Made by a program: the position numbers and the translations under genes. 64,000 nucleotides of DNA from a virus. Under the pieces are notes generated by a model, which was given only the letters and a program-made list of their open reading frames with translations, did no database searches and had not been told where the DNA came from. Of this stretch, positions 37,408 to 47,209 are shown piece after piece (position 1 is the stretch's first letter; every line of letters starts with the position of its first letter). The DNA is taken from IMG/VR virus record IMGVR_UViG_3300027509_000012; one strand, given 5' to 3'.

Positions 37408-38469
37408 ATGAACTCATTTATAATGACAGGCACTGGAATCACCGTCTTTCTAGCTGATAGCGGTGAAACTCACACAGTTGATTCAAACCATACGAATTTT
37501 AACCAAATCTGTAAAGCAGTTTCGGCTGGCGAGTTTGATGATGTACTCGCTATGATTAGTCCTAAAGCTGCTATGGAGAAGTTCACTTATAACTCTCCTG
37601 AATTTAAAATTGAAGGTGGACAGGTCTTCTATAAAGACCGTCTTATTAAAAACTATGCCTGTGACATTATGATCGAAATGGCTATGAAAGATATGGATGT
37701 TTCATACATCGAAAAATTTCTAGCAAATTTGTATGATAATCCATCACGAAAAGCAGTGAATGATTTATACAAATTCCTTGAAAAAGGTCAATTGCCAATC
37801 ACTCCAGATGGTCATTTTGTCGCATACAAAGTGATAACTGAAGATTTTAAGGATTGCCGAACAAGCACATTCGATAACAGTATAGGCTCTATCGTAGAAA
37901 TGGAGCGTAATGAAGTTGATGAAGATGCAGACCGTTTATGTTCTTATGGATTACATTTTTGTTCTCTTGAATATATTGGTTGGTTTTCCAATAAGCGAAA
38001 TCGAGTAGTTGCAGTTAAAATCAATCCTCGTGATGTTGTTGCTATTACACCAGATCATAATGAATCTAAAGGCCGCTGCTGCAAGTACGAAGTATTGCGT
38101 GAAATGGATGGTTACTATGATCCAGAAGCAGCAGATCGAGAAGATGCTGAGCGCGAAGCTCGACAGCGAGAAGAACTGCATCATCAAACTATCTATGGAT
38201 ATGACGATGATGAATATGAAGAAAATAATCTCGATGAAGATGAATGCTACGCATGTGGTGAAACAGAAGAATATTGTGATTGCCATGAAGAAGAAAATGA
38301 TAATGACGATGAAGTTATCATTGCAATTAATACTGCAAATGGTGTTGAATACGAATACGGCGATGTAGAAGAAGCATCCGATCAGACTGGTATTAGAGCA
38401 GATATTATAGAAGAAGTTCTAGCAGATAATCTTGAAACTGCATTAGGCTATACATTCGAGTGGAGATAA
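37408..38469 (+). CDS. rIIB: rIIB-like protein with acidic C-terminal extension
   Basis: NPSRKAV..LYKFL....LPITPDGHFVAYK, CSYGLHFC, KINPRDVV, KGRCCKYEV. Confidence 0.88.
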   Translation: MNSFIMTGTGITVFLADSGETHTVDSNHTNFNQICKAVSAGEFDDVLAMISPKAAMEKFTYNSPEFKIEGGQVFYKDRLIKNYACDIMIEMAMKDMDVSYIEKFLANLYDNPSRKAVNDLYKFLEKGQLPITPDGHFVAYKVITEDFKDCRTSTFDNSIGSIVEMERNEVDEDADRLCSYGLHFCSLEYIGWFSNKRNRVVAVKINPRDVVAITPDHNESKGRCCKYEVLREMDGYYDPEAADREDAEREARQREELHHQTIYGYDDDEYEENNLDEDECYACGETEEYCDCHEEENDNDDEVIIAINTANGVEYEYGDVEEASDQTGIRADIIEEVLADNLETALGYTFEWR

Positions 38470-38482
38470 TCCAATTTAATTC

Positions 38483-38511
38483 TTGACCGCTTTGTTAGCA
38501 CGTAGTAATAT
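38483..38511 (+). promoter_or_regulatory. sigma70-type promoter
   Basis: TTGACC -17- TAATAT upstream of prs. Confidence 0.5.
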
Positions 38512-38564
38512 AATGGCTCATCAAATAGATGGGCCATTATTGTTTTAACCAGCGAGAAAAGCAC

Positions 38565-39536
38565 ATGCCATTAGACAACAACGTTACTTTCTTCACCGGA
38601 ACTTCAAATCCAGAACTAGCATTAAAAATAATTAAACAATTACCACTGCCAGCAGAATTAGGCAAAATGAGTTTATCAAAATTCTCTGATGGAGAATTAA
38701 GTTGTAAAATAGAAGAAAACGTTAGAGGCTCAAACGCTTATATAATTCAATCAACCTGTGCTCCAGCAAACGATTCAATCATGGAGATAATGGTTATTGC
38801 AGACGCTCTATTCAGAGCATCAGTTAATAGCATTACATTAGTAGTTCCTTATTGGGGATACGCAAGACAGGATCGCAGACCACATCGAGAACGAACTGCC
38901 ATATCATCTAAGATGGTCGCAACAATGATGGCATCAATTCCCTGCATCACTCAAATTATTATTATGGATATCCACTCTGATCAACAGGGTGGATTTTTCG
39001 TTTGGCCGATGATCGATGTTCATGCCACAACTATTTTTGTAGACGATATTAAACGTCGATATTCATTGGCAGAGCAGAAAAAAATAACATTCGTATCTCC
39101 TGATATTGGTGGAGTTGTTAGAAATAGAAAAGCAGCAAAAAAATTAAATGCAGAGTTGGCTATTATTGATAAACGCCGACCTAAAGAAAATGTAGCAGAA
39201 GTGATGAACATCATAGGTGATATAGACGGTCGCCATTGCGTTCTGCTGGACGATATGATTGATACGGCTGGCACAGCATCTAAAGCAGCAGCAGCGCTTA
39301 AACAAGCTGGTGCTCTCAGTGTCGTTATGTATGCTACACATCCTGTATTGTCTGGTTCTGGTTATGAGACAATTGATCAATCTGGCATGGATAAATTAAT
39401 TGTTACCGATACAATTCCTTTGCGACCTGATCGAATTTGTGATAAGATCGAGGTTCTTTCGGTAGCGGAATTAATGGCAAAGACTATTAGCAGAATCCTA
39501 CTGAATGGTTCAGTGGGAGAACTTGATGAAAGTTAG
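38565..39536 (+). CDS. prs: ribose-phosphate pyrophosphokinase
   Basis: FSDGE, VRG, GYARQDR, DIHS.Q..GFF, SPDIGGVVR, DKRR, LLDDMIDTAGT, ATHPVLSG; ATG 38565 preferred. Confidence 0.95.
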   Translation: MPLDNNVTFFTGTSNPELALKIIKQLPLPAELGKMSLSKFSDGELSCKIEENVRGSNAYIIQSTCAPANDSIMEIMVIADALFRASVNSITLVVPYWGYARQDRRPHRERTAISSKMVATMMASIPCITQIIIMDIHSDQQGGFFVWPMIDVHATTIFVDDIKRRYSLAEQKKITFVSPDIGGVVRNRKAAKKLNAELAIIDKRRPKENVAEVMNIIGDIDGRHCVLLDDMIDTAGTASKAAAALKQAGALSVVMYATHPVLSGSGYETIDQSGMDKLIVTDTIPLRPDRICDKIEVLSVAELMAKTISRILLNGSVGELDES

Positions 39537-40251
39537 GATACCAGTACCCGGCGTTATATTAATTTCTGAAGAAACACAATTTGATATTGCGTATGCATTT
39601 ATGCGTATGCAGGAATTTTATGAGCATCGAGATATTTCTCGACAGGGAAAATTCTATTCATTAGATGAAGTAATAGAAAACTACGCATCATTTGGCCCAG
39701 ACAAAGATAAGAAATTTTCATATCTAGAATCGTGGGCAGGATTTAATGTAAATGGGAATGTTGTAGATAAATTCCGTGATATGTACAAACCAGACTTCAC
39801 TGATCGCGAAGCTAAACTATTTGATGCTATTGATAGAACATTAGAACAAGAAGAAGATGCAACATATAAAGGCAAGTACTATGTCATAGGTACATGCTCA
39901 GACCTTTATTTGGATCACGAACTATGTCATGGACTTTTTTACTTATATCCAGAATTTAAAAAAGACTCTTTAAAATTAATCAACTCTTTACGTCAAGATC
40001 AATATAAAGCTGTTGAAAAGATGTTAATCGATGGTGGATATGCAGCTAATGTCATTGATGATGAAATTAATGCTTACATTTCCACTTCAGACATGTATTA
40101 TATAAAAGAGACAGTATTTGAAGAATTAACAGAAGCACAAATGAAGCATTTTAACTGGAATAAAATTTATAAACTAGTTGAAAACTATTGGACATTTAAA
40201 GAAGAACACGAGCTTGAAGAAGAAGATCAAATAATCACACTTACAGAGTAA
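39526..40251 (+). CDS. hypothetical protein
   Basis: FMRMQEFYE, WAGFNV, HELCHGLF (HExxH). Confidence 0.6.
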   Translation: MKVRIPVPGVILISEETQFDIAYAFMRMQEFYEHRDISRQGKFYSLDEVIENYASFGPDKDKKFSYLESWAGFNVNGNVVDKFRDMYKPDFTDREAKLFDAIDRTLEQEEDATYKGKYYVIGTCSDLYLDHELCHGLFYLYPEFKKDSLKLINSLRQDQYKAVEKMLIDGGYAANVIDDEINAYISTSDMYYIKETVFEELTEAQMKHFNWNKIYKLVENYWTFKEEHELEEEDQIITLTE

Positions 40252-40256
40252 TTAAA

Positions 40257-41423
40257 ATGAATTTAGATTTAGAGCCAATGCAGGAAGTATTCCCAACCCT
40301 ATATAAAAAGGACAGCACTGGAAAGACACGCATTTGGTGTATGGAATTAAATGGTAATACTTATCGCACAATCGCAGGCGTAAAAGATGGACAGTTAGTT
40401 ACATCGGAATGGACTACGTGTGCTGAAAAAAATGTAGGCAGAGCCAACGCTACTACAGCCGAAGAACAAGCATTGGCAGAAATTGAAGCTCAGTATAAAA
40501 AGAAATTGTCGGTTGATTATTTTGAATCGGAAGATAATATTGATGAAGTTAAAGTATTCAAACCAATGTTAGCTGTTGATTGGATGAAGCGAAAAGCAAA
40601 GCTTAAATGGGAACCAGATGCAGGAACAATGATTCAACCTAAATTAGATGGTATTCGTTGTATTGCATCTAAGCATGGTTTATTTTCCCGCAACGGAAAA
40701 CCAATTGTAGCGGTTCCACATATAGAAGAATCATTAATACCGTTTTTCAAATTATATCCAGATCATGTACTGGATGGTGAATTGTATAATCATGATCTAA
40801 AGGCTGACTTTAATAAAATCGTATCATTGGTTCGTAAGACAAAACCAAAAGCAGCCGATCTTGTAGAAACATCTGAGAAGGTTCAATATCATATTTACGA
40901 TGTTGCTGCTGGTGAAGCTGGAGATTTTAAATCTAGAGATGAATTTTTATCTTTGGCACTATTAATTCGCGATCCTATGATTGCTACTGAAGAAAGTATG
41001 CTTAGAGTAGTACCATCTGATTTAATTTTCGATGAAGAAGCTTGTGATCAAATGCATGGCAAATATATTGCCGATGGTTACGAAGGATCAATTATTCGAT
41101 TAAACACACCATATGCAGTGGGTAAACGATCCAATAATTTAATGAAACGAAAAGATTTCGACGATGAAGAAATGAAGATTGTTGGATATGAACTAGGAAA
41201 TGGTAATTTTGCTGGCCTACCAAAAGTATTAAAAGTAGATATGGGTGATGGAACAATCGCCGATGCAACAATGACTGGAACTAGAGAATATTTAAAAGAA
41301 GTTCTGGATAATTTCGGTGATTACATTGGGAAAGAAGCTACTGTACAATACTTTGGAAAGACTCCCAGTGGAGCTTTACGGTTTCCAGTAGTTAAAGCCT
41401 TACATAAAAATTCACGCATATAA
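40257..41423 (+). CDS. ATP-dependent DNA ligase
   Basis: QPKLDGIR, LDGELY, YHIYD, GYEGSIIR, KRSNNLMKRK, LRFP. Confidence 0.92.
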   Translation: MNLDLEPMQEVFPTLYKKDSTGKTRIWCMELNGNTYRTIAGVKDGQLVTSEWTTCAEKNVGRANATTAEEQALAEIEAQYKKKLSVDYFESEDNIDEVKVFKPMLAVDWMKRKAKLKWEPDAGTMIQPKLDGIRCIASKHGLFSRNGKPIVAVPHIEESLIPFFKLYPDHVLDGELYNHDLKADFNKIVSLVRKTKPKAADLVETSEKVQYHIYDVAAGEAGDFKSRDEFLSLALLIRDPMIATEESMLRVVPSDLIFDEEACDQMHGKYIADGYEGSIIRLNTPYAVGKRSNNLMKRKDFDDEEMKIVGYELGNGNFAGLPKVLKVDMGDGTIADATMTGTREYLKEVLDNFGDYIGKEATVQYFGKTPSGALRFPVVKALHKNSRI

Positions 41424-41432
41424 GACTTTTGA

Positions 41433-41440
41433 TATAAATA
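41433..41440 (+). promoter_or_regulatory. T4-like late promoter TATAAATA
   Basis: Exact consensus before the ORF at 41466. Confidence 0.5.
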
Positions 41441-41465
41441 AAAGTATTAAAACAGTGTAAATTTT

Positions 41466-41852
41466 ATGAATTTAATTAAAGTAATAAATGACAATATGAA
41501 GCTAAATGCTGAACTCGATGCCGAAATCGAAGCTGATAATGAGCGCGAGCGTGAGCAAGAAGCAAATATAGCAGCATCATTTCCGTTAATGAATTATTTA
41601 AGTGACGAAGATGAAGACGAACCAGAAGAAGTTCTTGGTGAATTCTTTGGTTTTGATTTTGGTCGTGCAAAGAAGCGGAAGCAAAAAGCATTGGAATATG
41701 CTCGCTCTAAAGGAAAAAGCGGTAGAGTGAATAAGAATAAATTTAATGATGAATATATTACAGGCGGCGATCAAGCTCGTAAAGATACTGAAAAAAAGAT
41801 AAAAAAGGATATTGCAGCCGAACAGAATGCATTAAAACAAAAAAAGAACTAA
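41466..41852 (+). CDS. hypothetical charged protein
   Basis: Acidic N-half, basic C-half; start 41466 or 41496. Confidence 0.55.
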   Translation: MNLIKVINDNMKLNAELDAEIEADNEREREQEANIAASFPLMNYLSDEDEDEPEEVLGEFFGFDFGRAKKRKQKALEYARSKGKSGRVNKNKFNDEYITGGDQARKDTEKKIKKDIAAEQNALKQKKN

Positions 41853-41934
41853 GTACACAATTTAAATGGAGTGCTTGAGAAAGCACCCTTTAAGTGACCT
41901 ACTCAAGTACTCCCTAATTCTCAGGGAGAATAAA

Positions 41935-42141
41935 ATGGAAGATAATAATTTAGAACTATTGGAATCATGCTTAGCACGATTGCAGAAGATTGGTGCGCGT
42001 GAACCATTACCAACACAGTACTTTTTCAAAGAAGCACAGGAAATCATACGTGGTTCTGTAGATGAAGCGTATAAGGCTGGTGTGGCCGATGGAAAGTCAG
42101 GTGCAAAGAAGCCATCTGTTAGTGAGTACATTATTAAATAA
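41935..42141 (+). CDS. small hypothetical protein with structured leader
   Basis: AGGGAG RBS then ATG 41935; DEAYKAGVADG. Confidence 0.55.
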   Translation: MEDNNLELLESCLARLQKIGAREPLPTQYFFKEAQEIIRGSVDEAYKAGVADGKSGAKKPSVSEYIIK

Positions 42142-42274
42142 GATTTTCGCGCAAACTTAGCGCGAACGATGGGTAAGATTAACATTAACTGGTTAATCCC
42201 AACAATTATGGGGATTGTTGAGAATCGGAGCCGAGGGATTGAGGGGGCATCTGATATTGTGTTAGAATAGTTGT

Positions 42275-42601
42275 ATGAAGTCAAAGTTTAATACCTTTAG
42301 AATTAGAGTAGACTTAATATCTGAAAAAAATCCAGAAAAAGATAGTTATCCATACACATACAATACTGCAAGAGATAGCATTTTAAAAATGTCGGATTTC
42401 CAATATAATAGTTTAAATACTGCAAGAGCGGAAACATCTATAATAAGTTTAGAAACAACAGAAATCATGTTTGAACAAATTAAATCTGATCCTGAATTTA
42501 CAAATGCATTTACTAATTTTAGAATTGAAATTGATGTAAACGGCGAATGGTTTGAAATTGAATATTTAGATTCTTTAATAGAAGATCTGGCCGCAATTTA
42601 A
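42275..42601 (+). CDS. hypothetical protein
   Basis: ORF. Confidence 0.5.
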   Translation: MKSKFNTFRIRVDLISEKNPEKDSYPYTYNTARDSILKMSDFQYNSLNTARAETSIISLETTEIMFEQIKSDPEFTNAFTNFRIEIDVNGEWFEIEYLDSLIEDLAAI

Positions 42602-42660
42602 TGCTTGATTAACGATTACCTTTTCTATATTATCTTCAATTAACATAAAGGTAATAGAGA

Positions 42661-43719
42661 ATGCGGATTGTCCACGAACCAGCTTTAGATTTTAGTGATG
42701 TATTAATTCAACCCAAGCGATCATTTGGAATAGAGTCCCGCTCTCAAATTAAAGTTAATCGTCCTTTTAAATTTCTCCATAGCGAAACAGAATACGATAG
42801 TATTCCCATCATCGCAGCAAACATGGACACTGTTGCAACCACGTCAATGGCATCTGCCCTGTTAAAGCACAATATCAGTACAGCTCTCCACAAGCATTAT
42901 TCATCGAAAGAATTAATTGAATTCTTTACAGGTTATAACAATAAAAGAAGATCGCAATTATCAATCGCTCCGATTTTTTATACAATGGGAACATCCACAG
43001 GAGAGTATGATAAATTTACAGAATTAACTAATCAAACCCACATCCCATATGTTTGCATTGATAATGCAAATGGCTATACTGAAAAATTTAATGATTTCAT
43101 TAAATACTTTCGAGAAAATAATCCTACAGTTACAATCATGGCTGGCAATGTAGTCTCACCAGAGATGACAGAACAGTTATTGATTTCAGGTGCTGATATA
43201 GTTAAATGTGGCATCGGAAGTGGCAGTTCTTGCATTACTAGAAAAGTAACAGGAGTAGGTCTACCACAACTATCTGCAACAATCGAATGCGCAGATGCTG
43301 CCCACGGAATCAGAGGTCACATTTGTTCGGATGGTGGAATGACATCAAGTGGTGATATTGTTAAAGCCTTTGCTGGTGGAGCAGACTTTGTAATGCTTGG
43401 TGGGATGTTATCAGGCCACAAAGAAATAGGATTACCTGAAATAGTAATAGACGATAAAGAATTTTATGAATTCTATGGAATGAGTTCATCTAGTGCAATG
43501 GAAAAACATGTTGGGCATGTTGCCTCTTATAGAGCACCAGAGGGAAAGCGAGTTTTAATTCCAGCTAAGGGATCGGTTGATAAAACAATCAATTCTATTT
43601 TAGGTGGAATACGTTCTGCATGTACTTATGTTGGTGCCAGCGAACTTAAAGAGTTAAGTAAGTGCACAACATTCAGACTAGTTAATAATCAACTAAACAC
43701 AATTTACGGAGACAGCTAA
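42661..43719 (+). CDS. guaC: GMP reductase
   Basis: LDFSDVLIQPKRS, IIAANMD, IDNANGY, MAGNV, GIGSGSSCITR..TGVG.PQ, DGG, FYGMSS, EGK, GGIRSACTYVGA. Confidence 0.93.
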   Translation: MRIVHEPALDFSDVLIQPKRSFGIESRSQIKVNRPFKFLHSETEYDSIPIIAANMDTVATTSMASALLKHNISTALHKHYSSKELIEFFTGYNNKRRSQLSIAPIFYTMGTSTGEYDKFTELTNQTHIPYVCIDNANGYTEKFNDFIKYFRENNPTVTIMAGNVVSPEMTEQLLISGADIVKCGIGSGSSCITRKVTGVGLPQLSATIECADAAHGIRGHICSDGGMTSSGDIVKAFAGGADFVMLGGMLSGHKEIGLPEIVIDDKEFYEFYGMSSSSAMEKHVGHVASYRAPEGKRVLIPAKGSVDKTINSILGGIRSACTYVGASELKELSKCTTFRLVNNQLNTIYGDS

Positions 43720-43805
43720 TGTGACTTTTTAAATAATGATTGTAAATCATCCGATTAATTACATATAAGGCGAAGTAAAAATGAACACCAATAGGAAAAA
43801 CATTA

Positions 43806-44063
43806 ATGAATACACCAACAATGATAAACGAAGAACAACCAATGAAATTCAAGCTAGAAGGATTTCTAGTAGATCATCTTAAAAATCGATCATCTATGGA
43901 AGAAGGTGAGCGTGAATCTAACCGAGAAGTTGAGCGACTGTTAACGCTTGGTAAATACCAAGAAGCATATGATCTATATGAATCTGATGGATATGCTGAC
44001 GAGCTAATGGATTATGAAGAATTTGTGAATTCTCGCACACTTTCAGAGTCTAACTTAGATTAA
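43806..44063 (+). CDS. hypothetical protein
   Basis: ORF, AGGA RBS. Confidence 0.5.
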   Translation: MNTPTMINEEQPMKFKLEGFLVDHLKNRSSMEEGERESNREVERLLTLGKYQEAYDLYESDGYADELMDYEEFVNSRTLSESNLD

Positions 44064-44090
44064 AATTAATTATTAACTAAAACGGGAAAT

Positions 44091-45425
44091 TTGATGTTTG
44101 TACGAAAAATATTATTCTTATCAGTTCTACTAGTGTTGACTGGATGTAATGGTGAAGCATTAGATCTTAGTATGGGTTCAAAATACGACGACACTGAATT
44201 AGATAAAGAAACAGTTAATAATGAAATAATTGTTAAAGGTTCTGATGGATATTTTTTCGTATCGAATGGAACGTGCGCGATGCTATCTTCATTGGCACAT
44301 GGCTATACTCCAGAAGAATTTGATGAAGCTTGCACCAATGAAGATGCAAAGCAAATTGATTTATCAGTTATGACTGATTTGGTTGAACAGTCTAATATCA
44401 CTCCACCAATACAAGATGCTGTTAGTGATGAACTAATATCAACGATAGACACACCACCAGAAGTAGTGATTGACACTCCAGTTGAAACAGAAATGACAAT
44501 TGATGAATCTATCACTGATATCTTTGATCAAATCGATGCACTAGATTGTATTTTGGGTGGAACTGAAGAACAAATTCAACTCAAAGAAATATACATGGAA
44601 GAATGTGAAGAAGAAGGATACACCACATTTGAATGTAGAACAGTTATGCCACAAGATTATAATTACTGTTCTACTGATGAAATAAATCAACAACCAACAC
44701 AAGGTGAAAATATCCCAGAACAAATAATTCCAGAAACTCCAACTGAAATTAAAACCGAGTTTGCTATTGCATCAACCGAAATTAATATTCGTAGTGCATC
44801 TAGCTATCTTGCAAATGGCCGCTGCTTCATCAATAATTTAAGTCCAACATTAGCAGATTATACATTAGAAGCTGGTCAACATGGATTTAAAACAGTACGT
44901 GAAATTGATGCTATTTTAAAAGGCCAAACAAGTTATCGTCCATATAAATCTTCGTATCCGTCATACAATGATATTCAATGTGGGAATATATTAACGACAA
45001 TTGATGTAGGTGCAGACTGTGCTGGTCGTATAGATATGGGTAATATTGGTTGTTCTGTTATAGGACCAAAATGGAAATTTGATACAGATCATCTAACCAC
45101 TATAAACTTTATGAAAGATCTTGAGATTTCCAGTACCAAAGTAACAACCAATAATATTGAAAAATATGGTGAGTGGTGGAATACTTTATTAATTGATGGA
45201 AGATCTATTTGGGTTGATGGTGCATCTGATAATGTTGCCTATGTTATCGAATACATAAATGTCGTGTATCCAGAAACAGACACAAAGAATATCAATGTGA
45301 TAGATGTTGTAACGACTGATACATTAAAAGGTCCAGTGGTTACTATGATATCTCAATTAGCATCATTTATTGGTGTAGACACTGAACGTCAAGTAATAGA
45401 CGTTATTATTAATAACAGAAAATAA
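44091..45425 (+). CDS. Cys-rich multi-domain lipoprotein of unknown function
   Basis: Lipobox LTGC; several Cys pairs; P/T/E-rich linkers. Confidence 0.65.
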   Translation: MMFVRKILFLSVLLVLTGCNGEALDLSMGSKYDDTELDKETVNNEIIVKGSDGYFFVSNGTCAMLSSLAHGYTPEEFDEACTNEDAKQIDLSVMTDLVEQSNITPPIQDAVSDELISTIDTPPEVVIDTPVETEMTIDESITDIFDQIDALDCILGGTEEQIQLKEIYMEECEEEGYTTFECRTVMPQDYNYCSTDEINQQPTQGENIPEQIIPETPTEIKTEFAIASTEINIRSASSYLANGRCFINNLSPTLADYTLEAGQHGFKTVREIDAILKGQTSYRPYKSSYPSYNDIQCGNILTTIDVGADCAGRIDMGNIGCSVIGPKWKFDTDHLTTINFMKDLEISSTKVTTNNIEKYGEWWNTLLIDGRSIWVDGASDNVAYVIEYINVVYPETDTKNINVIDVVTTDTLKGPVVTMISQLASFIGVDTERQVIDVIINNRK

Positions 45426-45434
45426 GGATTCGTT

Positions 45435-45815
45435 ATGAACGAACAAAACTTTTTTCCAAATCCGATACCTGATGAATGGCTTGAACAAATGTCAGGTGAA
45501 TCATCTGGTGATGGTGGTACGTTAGTAGCAGAGCCTGAGATAGATCATAAATTAGAAGAACCAAATAAATATCAGGTGTATTTTCTAAATGATGATTTTA
45601 CTCCAATTGATTTTGTTGTTGATTTGATTGTATATGTTTTCAAATTATCAAAATCAGAAGCAGAAGTGATCACACAAAACATCCATGAAAATGGAAAAGG
45701 TGTCTGTGGTCAATTTACTAAAGATATAGCAGAGAGTAAAGTTGCGTTGGCAACCACCGCTGCTAAAAAAATGGAATTTCCATTACTGTGTGACTTGGAG
45801 CCAGTGGATGAATAA
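45435..45815 (+). CDS. clpS: ClpS N-degron adaptor
   Basis: YQVYFLNDDFTPIDFVV, IHENGKGVCG.FTKDIAESK, FPLLC. Confidence 0.92.
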   Translation: MNEQNFFPNPIPDEWLEQMSGESSGDGGTLVAEPEIDHKLEEPNKYQVYFLNDDFTPIDFVVDLIVYVFKLSKSEAEVITQNIHENGKGVCGQFTKDIAESKVALATTAAKKMEFPLLCDLEPVDE

Positions 45816-46383
45816 AAAAATATTAATTATGATGGGACCGTCTGGTTGTGGTAAAAGCACACTAGAGAAAAATCTATTATCAAAATCAGCAGATGTATAC
45901 AAAGCTGTATCTGTCACCACTAGAGATATTCGAGAGGGTGAGGTCGATGGAGTTGATTACCATTTCATATCTAAAGATGAATTCAAAGAACTATCTAATG
46001 GTGGTAAGTTAATTCAAACTACTCACTTTGGTGATAACGATTATGGTACTACCTTTGCAGAATACGAAACGGAACATAAATTTGTTACACTGGTTGCAGT
46101 TCCAAGTTCTGCATACATATTCTCTTTGTTGTTAAACACAAACTATCCAGATTATGATGTTAATGTAATTTACTTTGACATATCAACACAGCGATTGGTT
46201 CATAACATGCTTTCTCGTGGCGACACAAATGATGAAATAGTCCATCGTTTAATAAAAGACGATATTCAATCTCAATGGAAGGATGTTGCTAATAAATTTG
46301 ATGTAGAAAAAAGTGTTATTGTTACTGATGATTTATTGAATCATGAATTACCTGAGAGAATGGCTAAGATTTTTACTATATGA
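45808..46383 (+). CDS. gmk: guanylate kinase
   Basis: GPSGCGKST, VSVTTR..REGEVDGVDYHFIS, YGT; ATG 45808. Confidence 0.88.
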   Translation: MNKKILIMMGPSGCGKSTLEKNLLSKSADVYKAVSVTTRDIREGEVDGVDYHFISKDEFKELSNGGKLIQTTHFGDNDYGTTFAEYETEHKFVTLVAVPSSAYIFSLLLNTNYPDYDVNVIYFDISTQRLVHNMLSRGDTNDEIVHRLIKDDIQSQWKDVANKFDVEKSVIVTDDLLNHELPERMAKIFTI

Positions 46384-47207
46384 AATTTCAATTAATAAGC
46401 GATATTCACGGAGAGCAATTTAAATCATACTGGCAGTTACCAGTAGGTGAAGATGAAAAGAACACTATATTGCTGCTTGCTGGTGATATAGGTGTTGCTA
46501 AACGCCCCACCACCTTTCAATTTTTATTAGAAGATGCCAGCGAACGATTTGCTCAAGTTGTTTATATAATGGGCAACCATGAACACTATGGTTCATGTTT
46601 CAACGAAACCGATGCCAAGATTAAAAAAATCATTGTGGGTAAGGGTTGGAGTAACGTTCACTTCGACAAACAACTTAAAATTGAAACTGGTGGTTATGGT
46701 GGATATTCTATTATCGCTGCATCTTTATGGACTGATATAAACAAAAATAATCCCGGCGACCGAGCCGTAGTTGGTTATTCAATGAATGATTATCACCAGA
46801 CTAAGTTTAGAACATCAAGCCCAACACAGCCTCGCGAAGTTCGTCCAATGAATGTTGACGATACATTAGAGCAACATTATCGTGACCGTGATTTTATCTT
46901 TAGTCAAATTGAACTTGCAATGCGCGAAGATAGAAAGATTGTTGTCATGACACATCATGCACCATCAAGTCGTTCTATACATGAAAAGTATAAAGGTTCA
47001 TCATTAAATGCTGGATTTTATTCTGAAATGACAGAACAGATACACGCGCTTGATTATGAAATGATTTGGTGTCATGGTCACACACATACATCCTTTGATT
47101 ATAATATTGGCAAGTGTCGTGTTGTGTGTAATCCACATGGTTACATTGGAACCTTCAGCAATTATGGTCTTGAGAATCCAGAATTTAATCCATTATTAAT
47201 TCTATAA
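46380..47207 (+). CDS. calcineurin-like metallophosphoesterase
   Basis: SDIHGE, LAGDI, GNHEHY, THHAP, WCHGHTH. Confidence 0.88.
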   Translation: MKFQLISDIHGEQFKSYWQLPVGEDEKNTILLLAGDIGVAKRPTTFQFLLEDASERFAQVVYIMGNHEHYGSCFNETDAKIKKIIVGKGWSNVHFDKQLKIETGGYGGYSIIAASLWTDINKNNPGDRAVVGYSMNDYHQTKFRTSSPTQPREVRPMNVDDTLEQHYRDRDFIFSQIELAMREDRKIVVMTHHAPSSRSIHEKYKGSSLNAGFYSEMTEQIHALDYEMIWCHGHTHTSFDYNIGKCRVVCNPHGYIGTFSNYGLENPEFNPLLIL

Positions 47208-47209
47208 TC

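Noticed and set aside
38565-40251. NARP1/NARP2-type NAD+ reconstitution operon
   Set aside because: Prs looks canonical and the neighbouring ORF shows no Nampt/Namat motifs.
41862-42284. 140-aa minus-strand ORF
   Set aside because: Antisense shadow of the + strand ORF; no RBS or recognisable motifs.
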